Origin: Escherichia coli
Lineage (GTDB): Bacteria > Pseudomonadota > Gammaproteobacteria > Enterobacterales > Enterobacteriaceae
Strand: one strand, 5' to 3'
Length of the DNA stretch: 64,000 nucleotides
NCBI RefSeq assembly: GCF_041886205.1
Contig: NZ_CP169029.1
Part shown: piece by piece, positions 40,013 to 51,577 of the stretch
Layout: each line of letters opens with the position of its first letter
Position numbering within the stretch: position 1 is the stretch's first letter
Made by a program: the position numbers and the translations under genes
Notes under the pieces: model-generated
What the model saw: the letters and a program-made list of their open reading frames with translations, nothing else
Told to the model about the DNA's origin: nothing
Databases searched by the model: none

Positions 40013-41143
40013 TTAGCGGGTCAGGTCGTCAAAAAACTTCTTCACACCATCAAAGAAGCTCTTTGAGCGCGGGCTGTTGTGCTCACCGGTTGGGCCACCG
40101 AAGCTTTCTTGCAGCTCTTGCAGCAACTGTTTCTGCTTCTCGTTCAGGCCTACCGGTGTTTCGACGACAACGCGGCACAGCAAATCACCCTGTGCGCCAC
40201 CGCGGACAGACTTGACGCCTTTACCGCGCATACGGAAAAGCTTACCGGTCTGGGTTTCGCCAGGCACTTTCAGTTTGACGCGACCATCAAGGGTCGGTAC
40301 TTCGATTTCGCCACCCAGCGCCGCCATAGCGAAGTTGATCGGGACTTCGCAATAGAGGTTGTTGCCTTCACGCTCGAAAATCGGGTGCTGTTTAACCTGA
40401 ACCTGAACGTACAGATCGCCTGCCGGTGCGCCATGCTCGCCCGCTTCACCTTCGCCCGCAAGACGGATGCGGTCTCCAGTGTCCACCCCTGCCGGGATTT
40501 TAACGGACAGCGTTTTGCTGCGCTCAACACGACCATGACCATGACATTTGTTGCACGGATCTTTGATCAGCGTACCGCGGCCCTGACAGTGTGGACAGGT
40601 CTGCTGTACAGCGAAGAATCCCTGGCGCATCTGCACCTGACCAGAACCATGACAGGTCGGACAGGTCTGCGGCTGTGTACCTGGTTTTGCACCGCTACCG
40701 TGGCAAACGTCACACTCTTCCAGAGTCGGAATGCGGATCTCTTTGGTCACGCCACGTACAGCTTCTTCGAGGGTGAGCTCCATGTTATAGCGTAAATCAG
40801 CACCGCGCGCCGCACGTTGACGACCACGTCCGCCGCCAAAAATATCGCCGAAAACGTCACCAAAAATATCGCTGAAGTCTGCGCCGCCGCCAAAACCGCC
40901 GCCGCCCATGCCACCTTGCTCAAACGCAGCATGACCATACTGATCGTATGCCGCACGTTTTTGCGAGTCGGTCAGAACTTCATAAGCTTCCTTGATCTCT
41001 TTAAATTTCGCCTCGGCCTCTTTGTCACCCTGGTTACGGTCCGGGTGGTATTTCATGGCCAGGCGTTTGTAGGCCTTTTTGATTTCACGCTCTTCCGCTG
41101 TTTTGGAAACGCCTAAAATCTCGTAATAATCTTGCTTAGCCAT
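40013..41143 (-). CDS. dnaJ: Chaperone DnaJ (Hsp40)
   Basis: J domain [12 protein letters not shown] ... HPDRN, Gly/Phe-rich region, four CxxCxGxG zinc-finger repeats; 376 aa. Confidence 0.97.
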
Positions 41144-41231
41144 CTTTTTTAAATTGCCCCTAGATGAATGCACGGGCGGAGAGGAAATTCCCCTTCGCCC
41201 GTGTCAGTATAATTACCCGTTTATAGGGCGA

Positions 41232-43148
41232 TTATTTTTTGTCTTTGACTTCTTCAAATTCAGCGTCGACAACATCGTCATCTTTCGCGTTGTTTGCAGA
41301 AGCATCAGCACCGGCAGTCTGCTGCTGGGCATGTTGCTGCTGGGCGATTTCCATCAGTTTCTGGGAAACCTGTGCCAGTTCCTGCATTTTCGCTTCGATA
41401 GCGGCTTTGTCTTCACCTTTCAGAGCAGTTTCCAGTGCAGTCAGCGCAGACTCGATAGCAGTTTTGTCGTCAGCCGGCAGTTTGTCGCCTGCTTCTTCAA
41501 CCTGCTTACGGGTGCTGTGCAGCAGATGGTCGCCCTGGTTGCGAGTCTGTACCAGCTCTTCAAACTTACGGTCAGCTTCGGCGTTAGCTTCTGCGTCGCG
41601 TACCATTTTCTGGATTTCATCTTCGTTCAGACCAGAAGACGCCTTGATGGTGATCTTCTGCTCTTTACCGCTGTTTTTATCTTTCGCGGAAACGTGCAGG
41701 ATACCGTCAGCATCGATATCGAAGGTAACTTCGATCTGCGGCATGCCGCGCGGTGCCGGGTTGATACCATCCAGGTTGAACTGACCCAGAGATTTGTTAT
41801 CAGCCGCACGTTTACGTTCACCCTGCAGCACATGGATGGTTACCGCAGACTGGTTGTCTTCAGCGGTAGAGAACACCTGGCTGTGCTTGGTCGGGATAGT
41901 GGTGTTTTTCGCGATCAGCGTCGTCATCACACCGCCCATGGTTTCGATACCCAGAGACAGAGGGGTAACGTCCAGCAGCAGTACGTCTTTTACGTCACCA
42001 GTCAGAACACCACCCTGAACAGCAGCACCGATTGCTACAGCTTCGTCCGGGTTAACGTCTTTACGCGGCTCTTTACCAAAGAACTCAGCAACTTTCTTCT
42101 GAACCATTGGCATACGAGTCTGACCACCCACGAGGATAACGTCGTCGATATCAGATACGGACAGGCCAGCGTCCTGCAGTGCAACTTTCAGCGGCTCAAT
42201 GGAACGGTTTACCAGATCTTCAACCAGGCTTTCCAGTTTCGCACGAGTCACTTTGATGTTCATGTGTTTCGGACCGGTCGCGTCTGCAGTGATGTACGGC
42301 AGGTTAACGTCGGTCTGCTGAGCGGAAGACAGCTCGATTTTCGCTTTTTCTGCCGCTTCTTTCAGGCGCTGCATTGCCAGCGGATCGTTGCGCAGGTCAA
42401 TGCCCTGATCTTTCTTGAATTCTTCAACCAGGTAGTTGATCAGACGGCTGTCGAAGTCTTCACCACCCAGGTGGGTATCACCGTTGGTTGCCAGAACTTC
42501 GAAGGTTTTTTCGCCGTCAACTTCGTCGATTTCGATAATAGAAATATCGAAAGTACCACCACCCAGGTCATAAACCGCGATAGTACGGTTGCCAGTACCT
42601 TTGTCCAGACCGTAAGCCAGCGCAGCTGCGGTTGGTTCGTTAATGATACGTTTTACTTCCAGACCAGCGATACGGCCTGCGTCTTTCGTTGCCTGACGCT
42701 GAGCATCGTTAAAGTATGCCGGTACGGTGATAACAGCTTCAGTTACCGGTTCACCCAGGTAATCTTCAGCGGTTTTCTTCATTTTTTTCAGCACTTCAGC
42801 AGAGATCTGCGGCGGTGCCATTTTCTGGCCTTTAACTTCGACCCAAGCGTCGCCGTTATCAGCAGCAATAATTTTGAACGGCATGATGGAAACATCACGC
42901 TGTACTTCTTCGTCCTGGAAGCGGCGGCCAATCAGGCGTTTAATCGCAAACAGGGTGTTTTGCGGGTTCGTCACTGCCTGACGTTTAGCCGGCTGACCAA
43001 CCAGAGTTTCACCATCCTGGGTATAGGCAATGATAGAAGGCGTGGTGCGATCGCCTTCGGCGTTCTCCAGCACGCGAGGAGTGGTGCCATCCATAATCGC
43101 TACACAAGAGTTGGTAGTACCCAGGTCGATACCAATTATTTTACCCAT
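41232..43148 (-). CDS. dnaK: Chaperone DnaK (Hsp70)
   Basis: 638 aa, [18 protein letters not shown]. Confidence 0.98.
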
Positions 43149-43194
43149 CTAAACGTCTCCACTATATATTCGGTCATCATGTGGTTGTGAGTCT

Positions 43195-43303
43195 GTAATA
43201 GGGGCGAAACGTCTGGTTTCAACTGCCCAATTTCATTTTTTTGCAGACTCACTCACTGCGGTTGACTACTAAATGGGGTCGTAACCCACGTCATCAAGGG
43301 GGA
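43195..43303 (-). promoter_or_regulatory. dnaK heat-shock (sigma-32) promoters P1 and P2
   Basis: Minus-strand CCCCCTTGATGA -N13- CCCCATTT (P1; -35 about 43291-43302, -10 about 43271-43278) and TTGAAA -N12- CCCCTATTA (P2; -35 about 43217-43222, -10 about 43196-43204), matching the sigma-32 consensus. Confidence 0.75.
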
Positions 43304-43524
43304 GATGCAAAAATTTTTTGTGCTTTTGCGCAGAAATTTCGCGATATAGCAGGACAAGACGTGAAACTGACAGCAATTTTATTCATATAAAGAATGAATC
43401 GCAGCCAAGGCATTCATCAAAAAATTGTAATAAAAAGAAATCATTACGCACCTGAATCTTCTCTTTATCAGCAGTAAACTAGTGGGTATCCATCCCCCTA
43501 CCTCTCCCCACTAAGAGAAGCCTT

Positions 43525-43929
43525 ATGAAATCCGTTTTTACGATTTCCGCCAGCCTGGCGATTAGTCTGATGCTGTGCTGCACGGCGCAGGCAAACGACC
43601 ATAAAATCCTCGGCGTCATTGCAATGCCACGTAACGAAACCAACGATCTGGCGCTGAAACTTCCTGTTTGCCGAATTGTTAAACGCATACAACTCTCAGC
43701 CGACCATGGCGATTTGCAGTTAAGCGGTGCATCGGTTTATTTCAAAGCCGCCCGTAGCGCCAGTCAGAGCCTGAATATTCCTTCAGAAATAAAAGAAGGG
43801 CAAACCACTGACTGGATCAACATTAACAGCGATAACGACAATAAACGCTGCGTCTCAAAAATCACCTTTTCCGGTCATACGGTGAACTCATCGGATATGG
43901 CCACGCTGAAAATTATCGGCGACGACTAA
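43525..43929 (+). CDS. yaaI: YaaI (DUF2541 family periplasmic protein)
   Basis: 134 aa with signal peptide; matches K-12 yaaI position and length. Confidence 0.88.
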
Positions 43930-43954
43930 CGCCAGAATATAGAAGCCACAAAAA

Positions 43955-44668
43955 ATGAATGTTAATTACCTGAATGATTCAGATCTGGATTTTCTCCAGC
44001 ATTGCAGTGAGGAACAGTTGGCAAATTTCGCCCGGCTGCTCACCCATAATGAAAAAGGCAAAACTCGCCTCTCCAGCGTACTGATGCGCAACGAACTGTT
44101 TAAATCGATGGAAGGACATCCCGAGCAACATCGCCGCAATTGGCAGCTGATTGCCGGAGAATTACAACATTTTGGTGGCGATAGTATCGCCAACAAACTG
44201 CGCGGACACGGTAAATTGTATCGGGCCATTTTGCTCGATGTTTCAAAAAGATTAAAGCTGAAAGCCGACAAAGAGATGTCTACGTTTGAAATTGAGCAAC
44301 AGTTACTGGAGCAATTTCTGCGTAATACCTGGAAGAAAATGGACGAGGAACATAAGCAGGAGTTTCTGCACGCGGTCGATGCCAGGGTGAATGAGCTGGA
44401 AGAGCTGCTGCCGCTGCTGATGAAAGACAAATTATTGGCAAAAGGCGTGTCGCATTTGCTTTCCAGCCAACTGACCCGCATTTTACGCACCCACGCAGCA
44501 ATGAGCGTACTTGGGCATGGTTTGCTGCGCGGCGCGGGGCTGGGAGGCCCTGTAGGTGCGGCACTAAATGGGGTTAAAGCGGTCAGCGGCAGCGCCTATC
44601 GCGTGACGATTCCAGCCGTACTGCAAATCGCCTGCCTGCGTCGGATGGTTAGCGCCACTCAGGTCTGA
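43955..44668 (+). CDS. yaaW: YaaW (HtgA-associated; DUF3944 family protein)
   Basis: 237-aa ORF at the syntenic position with matching length. Confidence 0.85.
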   Translation: MNVNYLNDSDLDFLQHCSEEQLANFARLLTHNEKGKTRLSSVLMRNELFKSMEGHPEQHRRNWQLIAGELQHFGGDSIANKLRGHGKLYRAILLDVSKRLKLKADKEMSTFEIEQQLLEQFLRNTWKKMDEEHKQEFLHAVDARVNELEELLPLLMKDKLLAKGVSHLLSSQLTRILRTHAAMSVLGHGLLRGAGLGGPVGAALNGVKAVSGSAYRVTIPAVLQIACLRRMVSATQV

Positions 44669-44816
44669 TACCGGAAACCGGGGAAAATTTTCATTTTCCC
44701 CTCAAAAGATCGTAGACACTGCCCCACTGGCTGATTATTATGCCGCGCCCTGAAAACACTACAGTTATTCAGGGAAATTATTTCACCATTCATTCGATGA
44801 TGATTTTTGAGGAATT

Positions 44817-45383
44817 ATGGGCAACACTAAGTTGGCTAATCCGGCACCGCTGGGCCTGATGGGCTTCGGCATGACCACCATTCTGCTTAACCTGCACAAC
44901 GTGGGTTATTTCGCTCTGGACGGTATTATTCTTGCCATGGGCATTTTCTACGGCGGCATCGCGCAAATTTTTGCTGGTCTGCTGGAGTACAAAAAAGGCA
45001 ACACTTTCGGTTTAACCGCATTCACCTCTTACGGTTCTTTCTGGCTGACGCTGGTTGCGATTCTGCTGATGCCGAAACTGGGTCTGACCGATGCGCCAAA
45101 TGCACAGTTCCTTGGTGTCTACCTGGGTCTGTGGGGCGTATTTACGCTGTTTATGTTCTTCGGCACGCTGAAAGGCGCACGCGTTCTGCAATTCGTTTTC
45201 TTTAGCCTGACCGTGCTGTTTGCCCTGCTGGCGATCGGTAACATTGCCGGTAACGCCGCAATCATCCACTTTGCCGGCTGGATTGGTCTGATCTGCGGTG
45301 CCAGCGCAATCTATCTGGCGATGGGTGAAGTTCTGAACGAGCAGTTTGGTCGCACCGTTCTGCCGATTGGTGAATCCCACTAA
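44817..45383 (+). CDS. satP: Succinate-acetate/proton symporter SatP (YaaH)
   Basis: 188-aa six-TM protein with the NPAPLGL motif of the GPR1/FUN34/YaaH family. Confidence 0.93.
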   Translation: MGNTKLANPAPLGLMGFGMTTILLNLHNVGYFALDGIILAMGIFYGGIAQIFAGLLEYKKGNTFGLTAFTSYGSFWLTLVAILLMPKLGLTDAPNAQFLGVYLGLWGVFTLFMFFGTLKGARVLQFVFFSLTVLFALLAIGNIAGNAAIIHFAGWIGLICGASAIYLAMGEVLNEQFGRTVLPIGESH

Positions 45384-45393
45384 TTGTTTTGAG

Positions 45394-45420
45394 ATCCCCC
45401 CGCTCGGGGGGATTTTTTTA
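45394..45420. terminator. Bidirectional rho-independent terminator between satP and mog
   Basis: ATCCCCCCGCTCGGGGGGAT hairpin followed by a T8 run; overlaps the mog stop codon. Confidence 0.7.
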
Positions 45421-46005
45421 TTCGCTAACGTCGCGTCTTGCACTCTTTGGTCTGAATGCAGCAACCACTTCTGGTGCCGTTTCAACGTATGGCCCTTCCA
45501 GCAACTGAATGCAGTACGGTACGCTGGCAAAAATACCGTGTACCACAACGTTACCCTCAGCGTCCTTCACACCTTCCAGCGTCTCTTTAATAGACTTCGG
45601 CTGACCGGGTAAGTTAAGGATCAGCGCCTGTTTGCGAATCACGCCCACCTGACGCGAAAGGATCGCAGTTGGTACAAAATGCAGGCTGATCTGGCGCATC
45701 TGTTCACCAAAGCCAGGCATCTCGCGGTCCGCTACTGCCAGCGTAGCATCGGGCGTTACGTCACGACGCGCCGGGCCAGTTCCGCCCGTGGTGAGCACCA
45801 GATGGCAACTCATTTCATCCACCAGCTCACACAACGTTTGCTCGATGATCGCCTGCTCATCGGGGATTAAGCGGGTTTCCAGTTCAAACGGCGTGGTTAG
45901 CGCCGATGTCAGCCATTCTTCCAGTGCAGGGATACCTTTATCCTGATAAACGCCGCTGGATGCGCGATCAGAGATGGAAACTAAGCCAATACGTAAAGTA
46001 TTCAT
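45418..46005 (-). CDS. mog: Molybdopterin adenylyltransferase Mog
   Basis: 195 aa, MNTLRIGLVSISDRASSGVY. Confidence 0.95.
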   Translation of the reverse strand: MNTLRIGLVSISDRASSGVYQDKGIPALEEWLTSALTTPFELETRLIPDEQAIIEQTLCELVDEMSCHLVLTTGGTGPARRDVTPDATLAVADREMPGFGEQMRQISLHFVPTAILSRQVGVIRKQALILNLPGQPKSIKETLEGVKDAEGNVVVHGIFASVPYCIQLLEGPYVETAPEVVAAFRPKSARRDVSE

Positions 46006-46119
46006 CAAGATTTTTCCGTTTAAACAGTCTCGTTAAACAGAATGATACACTGCGAAGGGAGTGACAGACAGGCTTCAGAAGAGGTAGCGTGACCGACTTC
46101 CCGGTCACGCTAAGAATGA

Positions 46120-47073
46120 TTACAGCAGATCGCCGATCATTTTTTCCAGTTTTTCCTGGTCAATAGCAAACTTACGGATACCTTCCGCCAGTTTATCTAC
46201 TGCCATTGGATCCTGGTTGTGCTGCCACAGGAACTCGGACTCAGTGATACGCGCCGGACGCGCTTTCACTTCGCCGGTGTAAGACAGTTTACGTTCGATA
46301 GCCCCTTCGCTCTCCGCCAGCTCTTTCAGCAGTGCCGGTGCGATGGTCAGACGGTCGCAGCCTGCCAGTTCCAGAATTTCGCCGATGTTACGGAAGCTTG
46401 CGCCCATAACCACGGTTTCATAACCGTGCTCTTTGTAGTACTGGTAGATTTCAGATACAGAAACCACGCCCGGATCTTCTGCCGGCGCGTACTCTTTCTT
46501 ATCGGTATTCGCTTTATACCAGTCAAGAATACGGCCAACAAACGGCGAGATCAGGAACACGCCCGCTTCCGCACAAGCACGAGCCTGAGCGAAGGAGAAC
46601 AGCAGGGTCAGGTTACAGTTGATGCCTTCTTTTTCCAGCTGTTCTGCAGCACGGATACCCTGCCAGGTAGAAGCCAGTTTGATCAGAATACGATCGTTGC
46701 TAATACCAGCATCGTTGTAGAGTTTGATCAGGCGTTTTGCTTTCGCAATTGACGCTTCGGTGTCATAGGAAAGACGCGCATCAACTTCAGTTGAGATACG
46801 GCCCGGAACCAGTTTCAGGATTTCCAGACCAATATTTACTGCCAGTTTGTCGGTCGCGTCCACGATCTGCTGCGCGCGATCGTTGCTCTGCTGTTTCGCC
46901 CAGGCGACAGCATCATCAATCAACTTACGGTATTCCGGAATCTGCGCTGCGTTAAGAATGAGAGAAGGGTTGGTTGTGGCATCCTGCGGTTGATACAGCT
47001 TCATTGCCGCGATGTCCCCAGTGTCGGCCACTACGGTGGTGTACTGACGAAGGGAGGTCAATTTGTCCGTCAT
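46120..47073 (-). CDS. talB: Transaldolase B
   Basis: Start taken at [20 protein letters not shown] (317 aa); the track ORF is extended upstream. Confidence 0.96.
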
Positions 47074-47351
47074 GATAGTATTTCTCTTTAAACAGCTTGT
47101 TAGGGGGATGTAACCGGTCTGCCCTGATGATATCACGACGCAACGTCAGCGCAACCGCCGACAAGACGGTTATCGCCAGGCGAGACTGTTTCGGATTTCT
47201 GACACTGCGTTGATATCGCCCGCCATTTTTATACAAAACCTCATGTATGCTACGCAGAAGTTATCAAGTACCTCGTAGCGTATATACTTCTTAAACAATT
47301 GGTAACGTTTACACAGGAAAGTCATCGCGACCGGCAATAAGAGGGATATGC

Positions 47352-48782
47352 ATGCCAGATTTTTTCTCCTTTATTAACAGCGTCCTTTGGGGATCGGTAA
47401 TGATTTACCTGCTCTTCGGCGCAGGTTGTTGGTTCACTTTTCGCACCGGATTTGTGCAGTTTCGCTACATCCGCCAGTTTGGCAAAAGTCTTAAAAATAG
47501 CATTCATCCACAGCCAGGCGGTTTAACCTCATTTCAGTCATTGTGTACCAGTCTTGCGGCGCGCGTGGGTAGCGGCAACCTGGCCGGCGTTGCGCTGGCA
47601 ATTACCGCCGGTGGACCTGGAGCCGTCTTCTGGATGTGGGTTGCCGCGTTTATCGGCATGGCGACCTCGTTTGCCGAATGTTCCCTCGCACAGCTTTATA
47701 AAGAACGTGATGCCAATGGGCAGTTTCGTGGCGGACCGGCATGGTATATGGCGCGCGGGCTGGGGATGCGCTGGATGGGCGTTCTGTTCGCCGTCTTTTT
47801 GCTCATCGCCTACGGCATAATTTTCAGCGGAATTCAGGCGAACGCCGTTGCGCGAGCCCTGAGTTTTTCTTTTGATTTTCCCCCGCTGGTGACAGGTATT
47901 ATTCTCGCTGTCTTTGCTCTGCTGGCGATCACTCGCGGTCTTCATGGCGTCGCCCGGCTCATGCAGGGGTTTGTCCCGTTGATGGCGATAATCTGGGTAC
48001 TGACCAGCCTGGTGATTTGCGTAATGAATATCGGGCAACTTCCCCACGTCATTTGGTCTATTTTTGAGAGTGCTTTTGGCTGGCAGGAAGCGGCAGGCGG
48101 CGCGGCGGGATATACCTTAAGCCAGGCGATTACTAACGGTTTTCAGCGCAGTATGTTTTCCAATGAGGCGGGAATGGGGTCGACGCCAAACGCGGCAGCG
48201 GCAGCGGCGTCCTGGCCTCCGCATCCGGCAGCGCAAGGGATTGTCCAGATGATTGGCATTTTTATCGACACCCTGGTCATCTGTACGGCAAGCGCCATGC
48301 TGATATTACTGGCGGGTAACGGCACAACCTACATGCCGCTGGAAGGTATTCAGCTTATCCAGAAGGCGATGCGGGTGCTAATGGGTTCCTGGGGTGCTGA
48401 GTTTGTTACCCTCGTGGTTATTCTGTTTGCCTTCAGCTCCATCGTTGCCAACTACATTTACGCCGAAAACAATCTCTTCTTTTTACGCCTGAACAACCCT
48501 AAAGCGATCTGGTGTTTGCGGATCTGCACCTTCGCAACGGTCATCGGCGGCACCTTGCTAAGTCTTCCGCTGATGTGGCAACTGGCAGATATCATAATGG
48601 CCTGCATGGCTATTACCAATTTGACCGCCATTTTACTGCTCTCGCCTGTGGTTCATACCATTGCCAGTGATTATCTACGCCAGCGTAAACTCGGCGTGCG
48701 CCCGGTGTTTGATCCGTTGCGTTATCCGGATATCGGCCGCCAGCTTTCTCCGGACGCGTGGGATGATGTTTCGCAGGAGTAA
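47352..48782 (+). CDS. yaaJ: Alanine/sodium symporter family transporter YaaJ
   Basis: 476-aa polytopic membrane protein, syntenic position, length match. Confidence 0.92.
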   Translation: MPDFFSFINSVLWGSVMIYLLFGAGCWFTFRTGFVQFRYIRQFGKSLKNSIHPQPGGLTSFQSLCTSLAARVGSGNLAGVALAITAGGPGAVFWMWVAAFIGMATSFAECSLAQLYKERDANGQFRGGPAWYMARGLGMRWMGVLFAVFLLIAYGIIFSGIQANAVARALSFSFDFPPLVTGIILAVFALLAITRGLHGVARLMQGFVPLMAIIWVLTSLVICVMNIGQLPHVIWSIFESAFGWQEAAGGAAGYTLSQAITNGFQRSMFSNEAGMGSTPNAAAAAASWPPHPAAQGIVQMIGIFIDTLVICTASAMLILLAGNGTTYMPLEGIQLIQKAMRVLMGSWGAEFVTLVVILFAFSSIVANYIYAENNLFFLRLNNPKAIWCLRICTFATVIGGTLLSLPLMWQLADIIMACMAITNLTAILLLSPVVHTIASDYLRQRKLGVRPVFDPLRYPDIGRQLSPDAWDDVSQE

Positions 48783-48851
48783 TCACAACTATCGATCAAC
48801 TCATTCTCTTTTTTTGCTAAAGTCGGCATAAATTTCCTGCAAGGACTGGAT

Positions 48852-49628
48852 ATGCTGATTCTTATTTCACCTGCGAAAACGCTTGATTACCAAAGCCTGT
48901 TGACCACCACGCGCTATACGCTGCCGGAGCTGTTAGACAATTCCCAGCAGTTGATCCATGAAGCGCGGAAACTGACGCCTCCGCAGATTAGCACGCTGAT
49001 GCGCATCAGCGACAAACTGGCGGGTATCAACGCCGCTCGCTTTCATGACTGGCAGCCAGATTTCACGCCGGAGAATGCTCGCCAGGCGATTCTGGCGTTT
49101 AAAGGTGATGTCTACACCGGCTTGCAGGCCGAAACCTTCAGCGAAGACGATTTCGATTTTGCCCAACAGCATTTGCGAATGCTTTCCGGCTTGTATGGCG
49201 TACTGCGCCCGCTCGATTTAATGCAGCCTTATCGTCTGGAAATGGGGATCCGTCTTGAGAATGCCCGAGGGAAAGATCTGTATCAATTCTGGGGAGATAT
49301 CATCACCAACAAGCTGAACGAGGCGCTCGCAGCACAAGGCGATAATGTGGTGATTAATCTGGCGTCAGATGAGTATTTTAAATCGGTGAAGCCGAAGAAA
49401 TTGAATGCCGAGATTATCAAGCCGGTGTTCCTCGATGAGAAGAACGGCAAATTTAAGATAATCAGCTTCTACGCTAAGAAAGCACGCGGTCTGATGAGTC
49501 GTTTTATTATTGAAAATCGGCTGACCAAACCAGAGCAACTGACTGGTTTTAATAGCGAAGGTTACTTCTTTGATGAAGCTTCCTCCAGCAATGGCGAACT
49601 GGTGTTTAAACGCTACGAGCAGCGTTAA
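48852..49628 (+). CDS. yaaA: Peroxide stress resistance protein YaaA (UPF0246)
   Basis: 258 aa, [15 protein letters not shown]. Confidence 0.93.
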   Translation: MLILISPAKTLDYQSLLTTTRYTLPELLDNSQQLIHEARKLTPPQISTLMRISDKLAGINAARFHDWQPDFTPENARQAILAFKGDVYTGLQAETFSEDDFDFAQQHLRMLSGLYGVLRPLDLMQPYRLEMGIRLENARGKDLYQFWGDIITNKLNEALAAQGDNVVINLASDEYFKSVKPKKLNAEIIKPVFLDEKNGKFKIISFYAKKARGLMSRFIIENRLTKPEQLTGFNSEGYFFDEASSSNGELVFKRYEQR

Positions 49629-49639
49629 GTTTGCAGTCA

Positions 49640-49770
49640 ATGCCGGATGCGGCGTGAACGCCTTATCCGGCCTACAAAAGCATGCAGATTCAATATATTG
49701 CAGAATTCACGTAGGCCTGATAAGACGCGCCAGCGTCGCATCAGGCGCTGAATGCCGGATTGTTACCCGG
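49640..49770. repeat. REP/BIME element cluster in the yaaA-yaaX spacer
   Basis: TGCCGGATGCGGCGTGAACGCCTTATCCGGCCTAC ... GTAGGCCTGATAAGACGCGCCAGCGTCGCATCAGGCG. Confidence 0.7.
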
Positions 49771-49780
49771 CATTTGTCAT

Positions 49781-50077
49781 TTAGCGGTGATGTTTGCCTG
49801 GACCATGACCGCCGTGATGATCATGATGAGCTTTCTTATGGTGACGCGGCGGTGGCGGCGGTCCGTGTGGGTGCCAGCGATTGCCTCGCCATTCATAATG
49901 TTGTTTCCACCAGCCGTGGTCGCGCCAGTGACCGCCATCCCAGTAATAACCGCGATTATCACGATCGCCTATCTGTAATTTTACTGACGGGACTAACGTA
50001 ATTTCCGCAGCCTGCGCTGCCATGGGAGCGACCAGAACCAGGGAAAGTGCGAGTACGATAGATTGCATCTTTTTCAC
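49781..50077 (-). CDS. yaaX: YaaX (DUF2502), secreted His/Pro-rich small protein
   Basis: 98 aa with signal peptide and [26 protein letters not shown] tail; syntenic position. Confidence 0.85.
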   Translation of the reverse strand: MKKMQSIVLALSLVLVAPMAAQAAEITLVPSVKLQIGDRDNRGYYWDGGHWRDHGWWKQHYEWRGNRWHPHGPPPPPRHHKKAHHDHHGGHGPGKHHR

Positions 50078-50234
50078 AGGTTACTCCTTTTATCATTGCC
50101 CGTTATGGGTCGATATCCGGAGATTACGCGATGAGAACGGCGGTTGTTATTCTCCGCAATCCTAATCTCTAACTTACCGCATTTATTGAGAATTTCTCCT
50201 TTTTCCCTGTCGTTTCTCTCCATATTTTCTTCAC

Positions 50235-50268
50235 AAAAAAGCCGGGCTGCATAAAAGCAAACCCGGCC
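50235..50268 (-). terminator. Rho-independent terminator of the thr operon (after thrC)
   Basis: Minus-strand hairpin CCGGGTTTGCTTTTATGCAGCCCGG followed by a T6 run. Confidence 0.7.
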
Positions 50269-50290
50269 TGATTGAGATAATGAATAGATG

Positions 50291-51577
50291 TTACTGATGA
50301 TTCATCATCAATTTACGCAACGCAGCAAAATCGGCGGGCAGATTATGTGAAAGCAAGGGTAAATCAGCACGTTCTGCCAGCTCTTTTGGCAGATCCAACG
50401 TTTCACCGAGAATCGCTTCCACGCTCTCTTTAAATTTCGCCGGATGCGCGGTGCCGAGGAACAAGCCATATTCGCCTGGATTCAACTGGTCACGCAGCGC
50501 ACGATACGCTACGGCAGCGTGCGGCTCCGAGGTGTAGCCCAGTTCTTTTAACTCACGCATTGTCTGTTGCGTGGTTTCATCATCCACGGCTGCATAACCC
50601 AGCTCTTTCAGTTGCCAGATTTTGCGGCGGAACAACTCTTCCACACGCGGCCAGTTGTTCGGCTGACTCACGTCCATCGCGTTGGATAACGTCGCCTGAG
50701 TCGCTTTGGGGGACCACTGACCGTCGTGCAGGAAACGTGGCACGGTATCGTTCACGTTGGTCGCAGCAATAAAACGTTTCACCGGCAGACCGAGTGACTT
50801 CGCCAGCAGACCCGCCGTCAAATCGCCGAAGTTTCCGCTTGGTACCGAAACAACCAGCTGGTTGCGCGCCTCCTGCGGCAGCTGCGCAACAGCTTCAAAG
50901 TAGTAGCAAATCTGCGCCAGCAAACGGCTGATGTTAATCGAGTTAGCTGAGTTTAACCCCAGCGCCACTTTCAGTTCTTCATCATCAAACGCCTGCTTCA
51001 CCAGCGCCTGACAGGCATCGAAATCGCCGTCGATGGCAACAGTTTCGATATTGCCGCCCAATGTACAGAACAGTTTTTCTTGCAGTGGACTGATTTTGCC
51101 TCGTGGATAGAGGATAACCACTTTCACATTCGGCAAACCGTAGAAAGCATGAGCCACTGCCGCTCCGGTATCACCGGAGGTCGCGGTCAGAATGGTCACT
51201 GGCTTATCACCCGCAATATGGGTCAGCATTTGTGCCATAAAGCGACCGCCGAAATCTTTAAATGCCAGCGTTGGCCCGTGGAACAATTCCAGACAACCGA
51301 CATCGCTTTCAACATTGGCGACCGGAGCCGGGAAGGCAAACGCCGCGCGCACGCGCTCTTCCAGGATTTCCTGCGGGATTTCATCACCAATAAACGCCGA
51401 GAGGATCTTCGCACTGCGGGTGACAAAATCCAGCTTCAGCATCTCATCAATTTCAGTCAGGCTGAATTCCGGCAGGTCATGCGGAAAAAACAGCCCCTGA
51501 TTTTTGCCCAACCCCTGGGTTACGGCTTGCGCAAAGCTGACCTGCTCGTTGTGATCTTTCAGATTGTAGAGTTTCAT
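50291..51577 (-). CDS. thrC: Threonine synthase ThrC
   Basis: 428 aa, MKLYNLKDHNEQVSFAQAV. Confidence 0.97.
   Translation of the reverse strand: MKLYNLKDHNEQVSFAQAVTQGLGKNQGLFFPHDLPEFSLTEIDEMLKLDFVTRSAKILSAFIGDEIPQEILEERVRAAFAFPAPVANVESDVGCLELFHGPTLAFKDFGGRFMAQMLTHIAGDKPVTILTATSGDTGAAVAHAFYGLPNVKVVILYPRGKISPLQEKLFCTLGGNIETVAIDGDFDACQALVKQAFDDEELKVALGLNSANSINISRLLAQICYYFEAVAQLPQEARNQLVVSVPSGNFGDLTAGLLAKSLGLPVKRFIAATNVNDTVPRFLHDGQWSPKATQATLSNAMDVSQPNNWPRVEELFRRKIWQLKELGYAAVDDETTQQTMRELKELGYTSEPHAAVAYRALRDQLNPGEYGLFLGTAHPAKFKESVEAILGETLDLPKELAERADLPLLSHNLPADFAALRKLMMNHQ

Noticed and set aside
41154-43190. A 678-aa ORF on the plus strand opposite dnaK, with similar long antisense ORFs opposite carB (11212-12315, 12388-13278), ileS (22230-23228), thrA and others
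   Set aside because: These lie entirely antisense to highly conserved, well-supported genes and have low-complexity, Arg/Cys/His-rich translations; they are open-frame artefacts of codon bias, not genes
49781-49900. His/Pro/Gly-rich low-complexity stretch that might suggest a repeat or spurious ORF
   Set aside because: It is the C-terminal tail of the signal-peptide protein YaaX at its syntenic position, so it is treated as a genuine CDS
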